Assembly (NCBI GenBank): GCA_963786105.1
Contig: CAWAXX010000023.1
Location: forward strand, 64,001 to 128,000
Source of the DNA: Vulcanimicrobiota bacterium
GTDB taxonomy: Bacteria > Vulcanimicrobiota > Vulcanimicrobiia > Vulcanimicrobiales > Vulcanimicrobiaceae
Reading direction: 5' to 3'
DNA length: 64,000 nucleotides
Shown piece by piece: positions 27,424 to 36,368 of the stretch. The notes beneath the pieces are model-generated. The model saw nothing but the letters and a program-made list of their open reading frames with translations, did no database searches and was not told the DNA's origin. Positions within the stretch are counted from its first letter, which is position 1; each line of letters starts with the position of its first letter. The position numbers and the translations under genes are program-made.

Positions 27424-29089
27424 GCGTGTAGCGGCCGGATTGCTCGCTGCGGCCGGGTTGGCGTTGATGCTCGCGGGCTGCAGTAAATCCGGTAACGAAA
27501 ATGGCGGCAGCGGCGGCCGGCATCCCTGGACGCAGCCCGGCGTCTTTCGTTTTTCGGAGGCGGCCGATCCAAAAAACCTCAATCCAGCGCTCAACTCGGC
27601 CACGCCGACGCTCGACCTCGCCATGTTCATCTATTCGTGGTCGATTCGCTACGACAGCAAGGCTCGTCCGTTCCCGGACGCGTTGATCGAAGTTCCGACG
27701 CTGGCCAACGGCGACGTGAGCAAGGACGGACTGCTCCTCAAATACAAGCTGCGGCACAACATCAAGTGGCAAGACGGCGTGCCGTTGACGTGCCGGGATC
27801 TCAAGTTTACGTGGCAAGTCGTGATGAATACGAAAAACAATGTGATCACGACCGACGGTTACAAGGATATCGGCAGTATCGACTGCAGCAATCCCTACGT
27901 CGCCGTCATCCACATGAAGCGTCTCTACGCACCCTTCTTGCAGCAACTCTGGAGCGTAAACGGCAACTCGCCGATTTTGCCGGAGCATCTGCTGGCGAAG
28001 TACAACGACGACAAAGGATCGTTCAACAGCGCTTCGTACAATGCGCTCCCCATCGGAAGCGGCCCGTTCAAGGTCGTGTCGTGGCAGCGGGGCCAGGAAG
28101 TGCGGATGGAGGCGAATCCCGACTTCTACCTCGGCAAGCCGAAGCTTACCACGGTGATCTATAGGATCATCTCCGACGAGAACACCGAGGAGGCGGAGCT
28201 ACAATCCCACGAGTTGGACATGCTGGCCCTGGGAACTGGGCTCAAGTGGCCGGAGTACGCCGCGATGGCCGCCGATCCGAAGAACGGTCTGATCGCGACG
28301 CGCGTCGACTCGTATCAATGGTCGCACGTCGACTTCAACCTCACCCACCCAATCGTGGGCGACGTTAACGTCCGCAGGGCGCTGGCCTATGCGACCAACC
28401 GTCAAGAAATTATCGACAAGATATCGCATGGTTCGGCGATCGCCGCGGAGACCGATCAAAGCCCCAAGCTGTCGTGGGCCTACACCAACGACATCGTTCA
28501 CTATCCGTACGATCCGGAAAAGGCCAAAGCGCTTCTGGACGCCGACGGTTGGAAAGCCGGTCCCGACGGCGTCCGGGTGAAGAACGGCCAACGCCTAGAG
28601 TTTACGTTGAGTACGCAAACCGAGTCGAACAACGGGAAGGCCCAGCAAACGCTTCTACAGCGTGAATGGCGGGACGTGGGCGTGCAAGCCGACATCAAGA
28701 ACTACCCGACCAGCCAATTTTTCGACAACTCGACGAACGGCATTCTGCAGGGCGGTCATTACGACGCTGCCGGGTTCAGCTGGATTGGCGCCGCCGATCC
28801 CGACGACAACGCCATCTATTCCGGCGACAACCTGGCGCCGCACGGCCAGAACGCGATGATGTGGAATAACCCCAAAGCGACGGCAGCCATGGCGGATGCA
28901 CTGAAAACGATCGATCAGGCGCGACGCAAGCGCGACTACGCAATCGTCCAGCAGCAGCTAGCGCTCGACGTCCCGACGATCATCATTTCGTTTACGCGAG
29001 TGCCGTATGTGTACAACTCGGACCTCAAAGGATTCGATCCGTCTCCGGTGATATCGGCATTTTGGGATCCTTGGAATTACTCGATCTAA
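27416..29089 (+). CDS. Peptide/nickel ABC transporter substrate-binding lipoprotein (SBP family 5), copy 1, probable CTG start
   Basis: AAGGAG then CTG gives MSKRVAAGLL...LAGC lipobox; KWQDG, PIGSGPF, VRRALAYA. Confidence 0.9.
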   Translation: MSKRVAAGLLAAAGLALMLAGCSKSGNENGGSGGRHPWTQPGVFRFSEAADPKNLNPALNSATPTLDLAMFIYSWSIRYDSKARPFPDALIEVPTLANGDVSKDGLLLKYKLRHNIKWQDGVPLTCRDLKFTWQVVMNTKNNVITTDGYKDIGSIDCSNPYVAVIHMKRLYAPFLQQLWSVNGNSPILPEHLLAKYNDDKGSFNSASYNALPIGSGPFKVVSWQRGQEVRMEANPDFYLGKPKLTTVIYRIISDENTEEAELQSHELDMLALGTGLKWPEYAAMAADPKNGLIATRVDSYQWSHVDFNLTHPIVGDVNVRRALAYATNRQEIIDKISHGSAIAAETDQSPKLSWAYTNDIVHYPYDPEKAKALLDADGWKAGPDGVRVKNGQRLEFTLSTQTESNNGKAQQTLLQREWRDVGVQADIKNYPTSQFFDNSTNGILQGGHYDAAGFSWIGAADPDDNAIYSGDNLAPHGQNAMMWNNPKATAAMADALKTIDQARRKRDYAIVQQQLALDVPTIIISFTRVPYVYNSDLKGFDPSPVISAFWDPWNYSI

Positions 29090-29121
29090 CCTCGGGTGTC
29101 GCCTGACGAAGGAGTTTCTCG

Positions 29122-30741
29122 ATGAATGCGAACGTTCGCGCCTTTGCCGCGATCGCCGGCATCGCGATATTGTGCTCGTGCACGAAGAGCGGCGGCGGCA
29201 CGTCGTCGATGACGCATTCGCTCACCATTGGCGACGGCTCGGGCGACGTTCCCACGCTAAACCCGCACCTCTTCACGGAAACGACGTTGGGGTACATATC
29301 GCAGTTGTCGCAAGCCTACCTCGTGAAGTGGGGATCCGACAACCGCCCCTACGCCGAACTCGTTACCGAGGTTCCGACGCAGGCAAACGGCGGAATCAGC
29401 GCCGACGGAAAGACGATCACGTGGCACGTTCGTAAGGGCGTGAAGTGGTCCGACGGAGCGCCGTTCAACGCCGACGACGTAGTTTTCTCGACGAAAGTCG
29501 TGTTGAACCCGGCCAATAACGAGGTCGGCCGCGACGGCTGGAACCTTATCGAGAAAATGGACGAGCCCGACAAGTACACCGTCGTGTACCATCTTCGAAA
29601 ACCGTACGCTTCGTACGAACCGGTTTTCTTTGGAAGTGCCGGCGCTAATCCGGACCTTCTGCCGAAGCATCTCTTGCAAAGCTATCCGAACATCAATCAG
29701 GTGGCGTATAACGCAAAGCCCGTGGGCATCGGTCCGTTTCGCATCGTCGCTTGGCACCGTGGCGACAGCATCGAACTCGAAGCCAATCCGTATTACTTCC
29801 GCGGCGAGCCGAAGATCAAGCATATTTCGTTCAAATTGATCCCCTCCCGCGACACCCTGCTCACGCTGATGCAAACCGGTGAGGTCCAACTTTGGCCCGA
29901 GGTACCGTCATCGTACATCACCAGGGTTTTGGCGCTCGCGAACGTTCAAACCGAAATAAAGCCGAGCCCATTTTACGGGCACCTCGACTTCAACGTAACG
30001 CGGCCGCTCGTGAGCGACTTGCGCGTGCGCCAAGCTATCAGATACGCAATCGATCGAGTAGGGCTCGCACAGAAGATCGCTCAGGGTAACGCCATCGTGC
30101 AAGAAAGCATCATACCGCCGGTCAACCCGATCGCCCCCAAAGACATTCCGCTCGTTCCCTACGACCCCGCCAAGGCGAAGCAGCTCCTCGACGCGGCCGG
30201 CTGGAAGGCCGGCGCCGACGGCATTCGCGTCAAGAACGGCCAACGTATGTCGCTCGAGTTCCCGTATTATACCGGCGTATCGACCGCGGACGATACGGTC
30301 GAGTTCATTCGCCAGGGGTTGCACGCCGTGGGCATCGACATACAAACCCGGAAATTCGCGCCGGCCGTGTTCTTTGCGCCGTTCCAGCAAAACGGCATCG
30401 TCTACGGCGGCAAGTGGGACATGACGATGTTCTCATGGCAAGCGGATCCCATCGGAGAAATCTCGACGCAGTGGGAGTGCAACCAGGTTCCGCCCAACGG
30501 ACAAAACGTCGCGCGCTTCTGCAGCGCGCAGTTGGATTCGCTACTCGAGCGCTTCAAGGTTACGTACGACCAAGAAGAGCATCGCCGCCTTCTCGAGCAA
30601 GAGGTCAAGATTATCGACGCCAACGTTCCGACCATCGTGCTCGACGTTTTAAAGAATGGGTACACGCACAGCCCCAACCTTACCGGCTACGATCCGGGAG
30701 CGTGGACGGCCTTCGACAACATGATGACCTCGGACATCTAG
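29122..30741 (+). CDS. Peptide ABC transporter substrate-binding lipoprotein, copy 2
   Basis: Lipobox LCSC, GVKWSDG, PVGIGPF, VRQAIRYAIDR. Confidence 0.93.
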   Translation: MNANVRAFAAIAGIAILCSCTKSGGGTSSMTHSLTIGDGSGDVPTLNPHLFTETTLGYISQLSQAYLVKWGSDNRPYAELVTEVPTQANGGISADGKTITWHVRKGVKWSDGAPFNADDVVFSTKVVLNPANNEVGRDGWNLIEKMDEPDKYTVVYHLRKPYASYEPVFFGSAGANPDLLPKHLLQSYPNINQVAYNAKPVGIGPFRIVAWHRGDSIELEANPYYFRGEPKIKHISFKLIPSRDTLLTLMQTGEVQLWPEVPSSYITRVLALANVQTEIKPSPFYGHLDFNVTRPLVSDLRVRQAIRYAIDRVGLAQKIAQGNAIVQESIIPPVNPIAPKDIPLVPYDPAKAKQLLDAAGWKAGADGIRVKNGQRMSLEFPYYTGVSTADDTVEFIRQGLHAVGIDIQTRKFAPAVFFAPFQQNGIVYGGKWDMTMFSWQADPIGEISTQWECNQVPPNGQNVARFCSAQLDSLLERFKVTYDQEEHRRLLEQEVKIIDANVPTIVLDVLKNGYTHSPNLTGYDPGAWTAFDNMMTSDI

Positions 30742-30838
30742 GCTCGATGTATCCTATGACTTCGTCGGCTCGGGGGCTCACGTGCGGAGCACGCTTCGCC
30801 CGTCGCCTCCTCGTCCTAGAATACATCGAACCTAGATG
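30735..30838. repeat. Palindromic element, family C (26-bp imperfect inverted repeats)
   Basis: catctaggctcgatgtatcctatgac (30735-30760) versus gtcctagaatacatcgaacctagatg (30813-30838), 3 mismatches; central cgtgc-gga-gcacg hairpin. Confidence 0.75.
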
Positions 30839-30925
30839 AGGAATAAATCGACCGTCGATGTCCCGTCGGCGCTCGTTCGATCGTCGCCGGTCTTTGAATT
30901 TGTTCGCTTACTGGAGGTGCCTTGA

Positions 30926-32575
30926 ATGAGCAAGTTGAGTTTGCGTGCGGTTGCGGTCGTCTGCGCGGCGGCGCTTCTCGCGTCGGGATGTTCGAAGTCG
31001 CAACCGGGAGAGGCGACCGCAGGAGGGCGCGTCAATTCGTGGACGGTTCCGCACGTGCTGACGTTTTCCGACGGGGCCGACGTCAATACGCTCAATCCTC
31101 ACCTCGGACAGTTTGCCTCGATCGGATTGATGTCGTCGCTCACGATGGCCTGGCTGATCAAGTGGGACGAACACAACAATCCGTATCCCGAGCTCGCGAC
31201 CGAAGTTCCCACGCAAGCCAACGGTGGCGTGAGCAAGGACGGGCTGACGATTACGTTCCACGTGCGAAAGGGCGTGAAGTGGTCGGACGGTGCGCCTTTC
31301 GACGCCGACGACGTCGTTTTCAGTACGAACGTCGTGAACAATCCCGCGAACAACGAGGTCGGACGCACGGGTTGGGACCAAATCGTAAAGATCGACGAGC
31401 CGGATAAGTACACGGTCGTCTATCACATGCGCAAGCCGTACTCCCCGTTCGTCGAAACCTTCTTTTCAAGTGCCGGCGCAAACCCATGCATCCTTCCAAA
31501 GCATTTGCTTGCGAAGTATCCGAACATCAACAACATTCCGTACAACTCGCTTCCAGTAGGAATCGGGCCGTTTAAGTACGAGCGATGGGATCGGGCCACG
31601 CAAGTCGTCATGGTCGCCAATCCATTGTACTTCCGCGGCCTTCCGAAACTAAAAAAGGTCGTTTATAAAATCGTTCCCGACCGTAACACGGTGCTTTCGC
31701 AGCTGGAAGCGCACGAGCTCGACATGTGGTACTTGCTCCCTGGAAACTACTTGCAGCGCGTACAGGCGGTAACGGCATACGACGTCAGCCGGCGACCCAG
31801 CTATTATTTTAATCATATGGACTTTAACTTGCAGCGCCCCGCGTTAAAGGATCCGGCCGTCCGGCAGGCGCTTCGCTTGGCGTTGAACCGGCCGGAGCTT
31901 ATCGCGAAGATCGGGCACAACGTCGGAACGGTGTCCGACGTCACGACGCCGCGGTCGGCACCGTACGCCGTGACCACTATTGCACCGACCAAATTCGACA
32001 TCGCTGCGGCCAACGCGCTCCTCGACAAGAACGGTTGGGCTAAAGGGCCCGACGGCACGCGCGCTAAGAACGGCGTCAGCCTGGCGCTCGACCTCGCGAC
32101 GACGGCGGGAACGGCCGACGTCGACGAGCAGATCGAGCTGATTCGGGATTGGTACAAGGAGATCGGCGTTACGCTGAACGTCCGCCGGTATCAAGCGCCG
32201 CAGATGTTCGCGCCCCAGCAGAGCGGCGGAATCATCTACGGCGGTAAATGGGACCTCGTGTTCTTCGCGTGGCTGAACGACGCGATCGGCGACTATTCCC
32301 CTCTTTACAGTTGCAACGGCTTCCCGCCGAAGGGCCAGAACGATCTGCGCTGGTGCAATCGCCGCGCGCAGGCGGCCATGGACGCTCTCTATACACACTT
32401 CGATCAAGCGCAGCGGAACCAGGACGTCCTCATCGTCCAGCAAGAGTTCGTGAAAGACGTGCCCTCGGTCGTAAACTCGCTGCGTGAGGATTTGATCGCT
32501 TACAATAAAGACCTCAAAAACTTCCACCCCAACAACATCACCCCGTTCGACAACTTCATGAACGTCGACATCTGA
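30926..32575 (+). CDS. Peptide ABC transporter substrate-binding lipoprotein, copy 3
   Basis: GGAGG RBS, lipobox ASGC, GVKWSDG, PVGIGPF. Confidence 0.93.
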   Translation: MSKLSLRAVAVVCAAALLASGCSKSQPGEATAGGRVNSWTVPHVLTFSDGADVNTLNPHLGQFASIGLMSSLTMAWLIKWDEHNNPYPELATEVPTQANGGVSKDGLTITFHVRKGVKWSDGAPFDADDVVFSTNVVNNPANNEVGRTGWDQIVKIDEPDKYTVVYHMRKPYSPFVETFFSSAGANPCILPKHLLAKYPNINNIPYNSLPVGIGPFKYERWDRATQVVMVANPLYFRGLPKLKKVVYKIVPDRNTVLSQLEAHELDMWYLLPGNYLQRVQAVTAYDVSRRPSYYFNHMDFNLQRPALKDPAVRQALRLALNRPELIAKIGHNVGTVSDVTTPRSAPYAVTTIAPTKFDIAAANALLDKNGWAKGPDGTRAKNGVSLALDLATTAGTADVDEQIELIRDWYKEIGVTLNVRRYQAPQMFAPQQSGGIIYGGKWDLVFFAWLNDAIGDYSPLYSCNGFPPKGQNDLRWCNRRAQAAMDALYTHFDQAQRNQDVLIVQQEFVKDVPSVVNSLREDLIAYNKDLKNFHPNNITPFDNFMNVDI

Positions 32576-32582
32576 CCGCCGC

Positions 32583-32843
32583 GTCATCCTGAGCACAGGC
32601 GCACTCGTACTCGCTTCGCTCCCTCGGCGCAGGCTCCGCGCCGCAGTCGAAGGACACCGCCGCAACGACGTACCAGCTTCGGGACGTTGGCGTTTTCGCG
32701 TCCGTGCGAAAACGCTACTCGCTGGCTCGTCGCTCTCGGCATCCGTGCCTTCGCTCCTCGTCCAGACGCCCTCAGCTAGCACGTCGTTTACGGCGCTGTG
32801 TCCTTCGACTGCGCTCGCTGCGCGAGCTCCGCTCAAGATGACA
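32583..32843. repeat. Palindromic repeat family B, copy 2 (outer arms plus full ~99-bp core)
   Basis: gtcatcctgagc...gcagtcgaaggac / gtccttcgactgc...gctcaagatgac; core at 32677-32775. Confidence 0.88.
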
Positions 32844-34212
32844 TACGCTCGTGGAGATAGACCGATAGGCTGAGAAGGACGCAGCCGGTCAGCGAGAGCA
32901 CGCGCAGGAACGCCCAAAGCGGGTCGATACCCAGGAGACCGGTGCGCGCCTGTTCGTCGCGCCACACGCCGGCGACCGACTCGGTTGGCAGGGCGTGAAA
33001 GTTTCCCATCGCGTCGGGCCAAATCGGTGCCGGGTGCCCCGACGCAAGCCACGCCGAAAGGGCAAACACTGCGGCAACGGCACCGGCCACCGTTGCCGTC
33101 GCGCGCCAATCCGCGTCTTCGCCGAGCGCGGTAAATGCGCAAAGGGCTGCCACTGCCAGCAAGGCGCTTTGAAAAGTTCCGGTGGGCCGCTGCGCGAGCC
33201 CGAGCCAGTCGATGGCCACTAGCAACGTGCCGCCCAGCGCGAATGCGCGAATGCTCCCACGTGTCCGCAGCGCGCACCACGCGGCGGCGACATACGCCAC
33301 CAATACATCGTGCTCGTGAAAAAAGCTCGAAGCGAAAGGCGCGAGCGGCGCGATCGCCGCGAATCGGGCAAAGGGGTCGGGAACGTGCCGCCACATGGCA
33401 ACGATCGCGGCCACGGCAACGATCCCGGTGGCGATCGCGACGAACGCCGTTGCTCCAACGGGCATGCCTGCGCCGTGTGCGATGGCGCCGGGAGTGAATT
33501 GAATCGCGCTTAGGCGCTCGGCGTTTTCGTGTGGAAGCAGGCGCGATAGGTACGAGGCGGGCCAGCGCCAGCCCAAAAATGCTGCGCTCGCGGCATACGT
33601 CCCCGCGGCGCCAAGCGCCAGCGCCAGGGTCGCTCTATTGCGACCCAGTTGAGAGAAGAGCCCGAAAGCAACGTTCGGTTGAAACAGCGCCACGAATGCG
33701 GCCGCGGCGCGCAACGGCAAGCCTAGCGGAAGGGCGACGGTGACGGCCGCAAGGTAGGCGATCAAGGCGATTTGCCCGAGCGCGACGTCGCTGGTGATTG
33801 GTCCGAACGCCATCGCTAGGGCGAGGGCCGCAAAAAACGCGGCCAGCGAGAAGCGCGGGTTGCCGGCGCGAACGGCGATAGCTGCGAGCGCGAGTACCGC
33901 GACCGCTAAAAGTGCGATCCATAGCCGCGCGGCGAGGACGTAGGGTAAGCGCGCTAACAGACTCCATGCGAGCAGCGTCGCGGGCGGCCCGACGAACGGA
34001 AGTAACTCATCGCGTGACGAGTCGACGCCCGGAACGGCGCGCTCTGCTTCCCAAACGTCGCGACCGTATGGATCGCCGCGCGCGTTCCACGCCGATCCCG
34101 CACTCCAGTACGCTTCGAAATCGCGCAAGAAGGGTCCGGGGGTCTGCGCCGGACGAAACGTAAGCACCGCCGCGGCGATGAAGACGAAGGCGAGCGGCGT
34201 CAACCACCGCAT
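32833..34212 (-). CDS. Glycosyltransferase family 87 (DUF2029)-like GT-C membrane protein
   Basis: RDFEAYWSAG...DPY, PFVGPP, ALGQI, many TMs. Start set at ATG 34212. Confidence 0.75.
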   Translation of the reverse strand: MRWLTPLAFVFIAAAVLTFRPAQTPGPFLRDFEAYWSAGSAWNARGDPYGRDVWEAERAVPGVDSSRDELLPFVGPPATLLAWSLLARLPYVLAARLWIALLAVAVLALAAIAVRAGNPRFSLAAFFAALALAMAFGPITSDVALGQIALIAYLAAVTVALPLGLPLRAAAAFVALFQPNVAFGLFSQLGRNRATLALALGAAGTYAASAAFLGWRWPASYLSRLLPHENAERLSAIQFTPGAIAHGAGMPVGATAFVAIATGIVAVAAIVAMWRHVPDPFARFAAIAPLAPFASSFFHEHDVLVAYVAAAWCALRTRGSIRAFALGGTLLVAIDWLGLAQRPTGTFQSALLAVAALCAFTALGEDADWRATATVAGAVAAVFALSAWLASGHPAPIWPDAMGNFHALPTESVAGVWRDEQARTGLLGIDPLWAFLRVLSLTGCVLLSLSVYLHERMSS

Positions 34213-35033
34213 CACCAAACGGGTGCGCCCAACGAACCAGGCGCGAGCGCAGCATGGGCCCGGGCGAGTATCAGAAACAGACCCAGGAGGGTCGCCAGAT
34301 ACCATCCGCTGACCCGCAGCCGCGCCGAAAAGGACATCGCTGCCGCGCGAGGATCGACGCGACCTCTCCAGGCCGCGAGCATTGCCGGCAATCCCAATAA
34401 CCCGATGATCGCGACGAACAGAATCGGAATGTGGAAATAGACGGCGAACCCGATGAACGAAAGAAACCCGGCGATCCATAACGGCGGCCAAAGCGCGCCG
34501 ATGATCCGGCCGCCGTCGAACGGCGGCATCGGAATCATGTTGAAGAGATTGAGAAAGGCCGAAAGGTCGGCGCATGCGTACCAAAAACGGTCGTGCGCGG
34601 CCATCCCGATAGCGACGCAGACGGCAGCGAGGCCCATTCCCGTCAGCGGTCCGGCTAGCGCGATGTTTGCGTCGTGTTCCAAATTCTCGGGGGGCGCGCC
34701 GGCGGTGAACGCACCGAGCAACGGGATGAACGATGGCAGGCGCACCGGTAAGCCGTAGGCTCGAAATGCGAAATAGTGGCCGAGTTCGTGTGCGAGCAGT
34801 AGCAGCATTACGACGACGGCGAGTCGCCAGCCGAACAGCGCGACGTAAATCCACAGGGAGAGCAAGAACGTCCAACTCGGCGCCAGCAGCTTCAAACCTA
34901 CGAAGAGCGCCAACTTGAATTTGAGGAGAAACGCGAGAACGGCGGCGCCGGCGGTGCCGATTGCGCCGGTGCGGGAACGGCGAGCGGGTTTTTGCGGCGT
35001 TTCGTCGCCGGACGGCGGCGGGAGGTAATCCAC
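34212..35033 (-). CDS. Site-2 protease family (M50) metalloprotease
   Basis: HELGH, ALAGP, NLFNMIPMPPFDGG. Confidence 0.93.
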   Translation of the reverse strand: MDYLPPPSGDETPQKPARRSRTGAIGTAGAAVLAFLLKFKLALFVGLKLLAPSWTFLLSLWIYVALFGWRLAVVVMLLLLAHELGHYFAFRAYGLPVRLPSFIPLLGAFTAGAPPENLEHDANIALAGPLTGMGLAAVCVAIGMAAHDRFWYACADLSAFLNLFNMIPMPPFDGGRIIGALWPPLWIAGFLSFIGFAVYFHIPILFVAIIGLLGLPAMLAAWRGRVDPRAAAMSFSARLRVSGWYLATLLGLFLILARAHAALAPGSLGAPVW

Positions 35034-35062
35034 CGCGTTCTCTTCAACCGCGTACGAAGCGA

Positions 35063-36355
35063 ATGCCTGTTATAGCGATCGTCGGCGGCGGATTCGCCGG
35101 CACCGCCGTTGCGCGAAGGCTGGAGCGGCGCTTACACGCGGACGAAGCCGATATCGTGTTGCTCTCCCGCGACAACTACACCTTGTTTACGCCAATGCTG
35201 CCGGAGGTCACGTCGGGGGAACTCGAGGTGCGCCACGTTGTCACGCCGATTCGCACGCAGTTGCGTCGCACGAACTTCATTCTGTCGGAAGTCGAAGCCA
35301 TCGACGTCGAGCGGCAAACCGTCACCTATCGGCACGTCTTGACCGGTCTAACGCGGACCATTGCGTACGATCACCTGGTGCTGGCTCTCGGCTCGTCCAC
35401 TTCGACCTTCGGGCTTCCCGGCGTCGCCGAAAACGCATGGACGCTCAAAACGCTCGAGGATGCCGACGCGCTGCGCAATCACTTGATCTGGCTGCTCGAA
35501 CTTGGCGATACGGTTGACGATCCGGTGCGCCGCCGTCAACTGCTCACCCTGGTGGTCGTCGGAGGCGGGTTCACCGGCGTCGAAACCGCCGGCGAGATCT
35601 TCGAGCTCTTCCGCAGCGTGCTTCATTTCTATCGGCGGTTGCGTATCGACGATCTGAAAATGATCTTAGTCGAGGGCGGACCGACCCTACTGCCGGGCCT
35701 TCCGCCGAAGATGGGCGAGTACTCGCGCCGGATTCTGGAACGACGCGGCGTCGAAGTCCTGACCGGCGACGGCGTAACCGGTGCCGACGCGGGCGGCCTC
35801 ACCTTACAGAGCGGTCGCCGTATCGATTGCGCGACCATGATCTGGAGTGCAGGAGTGGCGCCCTCACCGACGATCGCGCAGACCGGCTTGCCGAAGACCA
35901 AGCGCGGCGCAGTTATGACCGGCCCCGACATGCGCGTGCCGCAGGTCCCGAGCGTCTGGGCGTTGGGCGACTGCGCCTCGATACCCGATCCTGACGGGGG
36001 CACGTATCCGATGACAGCGCAGCACGCCGTCCGCGAAGGGCCGCATCTCGCGGACAACCTCGTCCGCGTGCTGCGCGGCCGGCCGACGCAGCCGTTTCGC
36101 TATCGCACTCTGGGCATGATGGCCGCGCTCGGCGGCCGCCGCGCGGTAGCCGAGCTGCCCGGCGATCGCGTGATCACCGGTTTCCTGGCCTGGTTTTTAT
36201 GGCGCTCGTACTACTTGGCACGCCTGCCGGGACTCGACCGGCAGCTGCGAGTCGCCTTCGACTGGACGCTGGATCTGGTGTTCCCGCGCGACATCGCCGA
36301 ACTGCGCGTGAACGCGGCGCGGGCCGTCAACCATGACCCGGAGGCAGCGCCGTAG
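35063..36355 (+). CDS. Type II NADH dehydrogenase-like NAD(P)/FAD oxidoreductase
   Basis: GGGFAG, FTPMLPEV, GGGFTGVE, WALGD, AQHA. Start set at ATG 35063. Confidence 0.9.
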   Translation: MPVIAIVGGGFAGTAVARRLERRLHADEADIVLLSRDNYTLFTPMLPEVTSGELEVRHVVTPIRTQLRRTNFILSEVEAIDVERQTVTYRHVLTGLTRTIAYDHLVLALGSSTSTFGLPGVAENAWTLKTLEDADALRNHLIWLLELGDTVDDPVRRRQLLTLVVVGGGFTGVETAGEIFELFRSVLHFYRRLRIDDLKMILVEGGPTLLPGLPPKMGEYSRRILERRGVEVLTGDGVTGADAGGLTLQSGRRIDCATMIWSAGVAPSPTIAQTGLPKTKRGAVMTGPDMRVPQVPSVWALGDCASIPDPDGGTYPMTAQHAVREGPHLADNLVRVLRGRPTQPFRYRTLGMMAALGGRRAVAELPGDRVITGFLAWFLWRSYYLARLPGLDRQLRVAFDWTLDLVFPRDIAELRVNAARAVNHDPEAAP

Positions 36356-36368
36356 AAGCGGTGCCTTC

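Noticed and set aside
32833..34875. 680-aa ORF, and similar N-terminal extensions of tldD, NAGPA, SBP1, MFS, mutL and the radical SAM gene
   Set aside because: The extensions overlap well-supported upstream genes. Starts were reassigned to coupled or RBS-supported codons.
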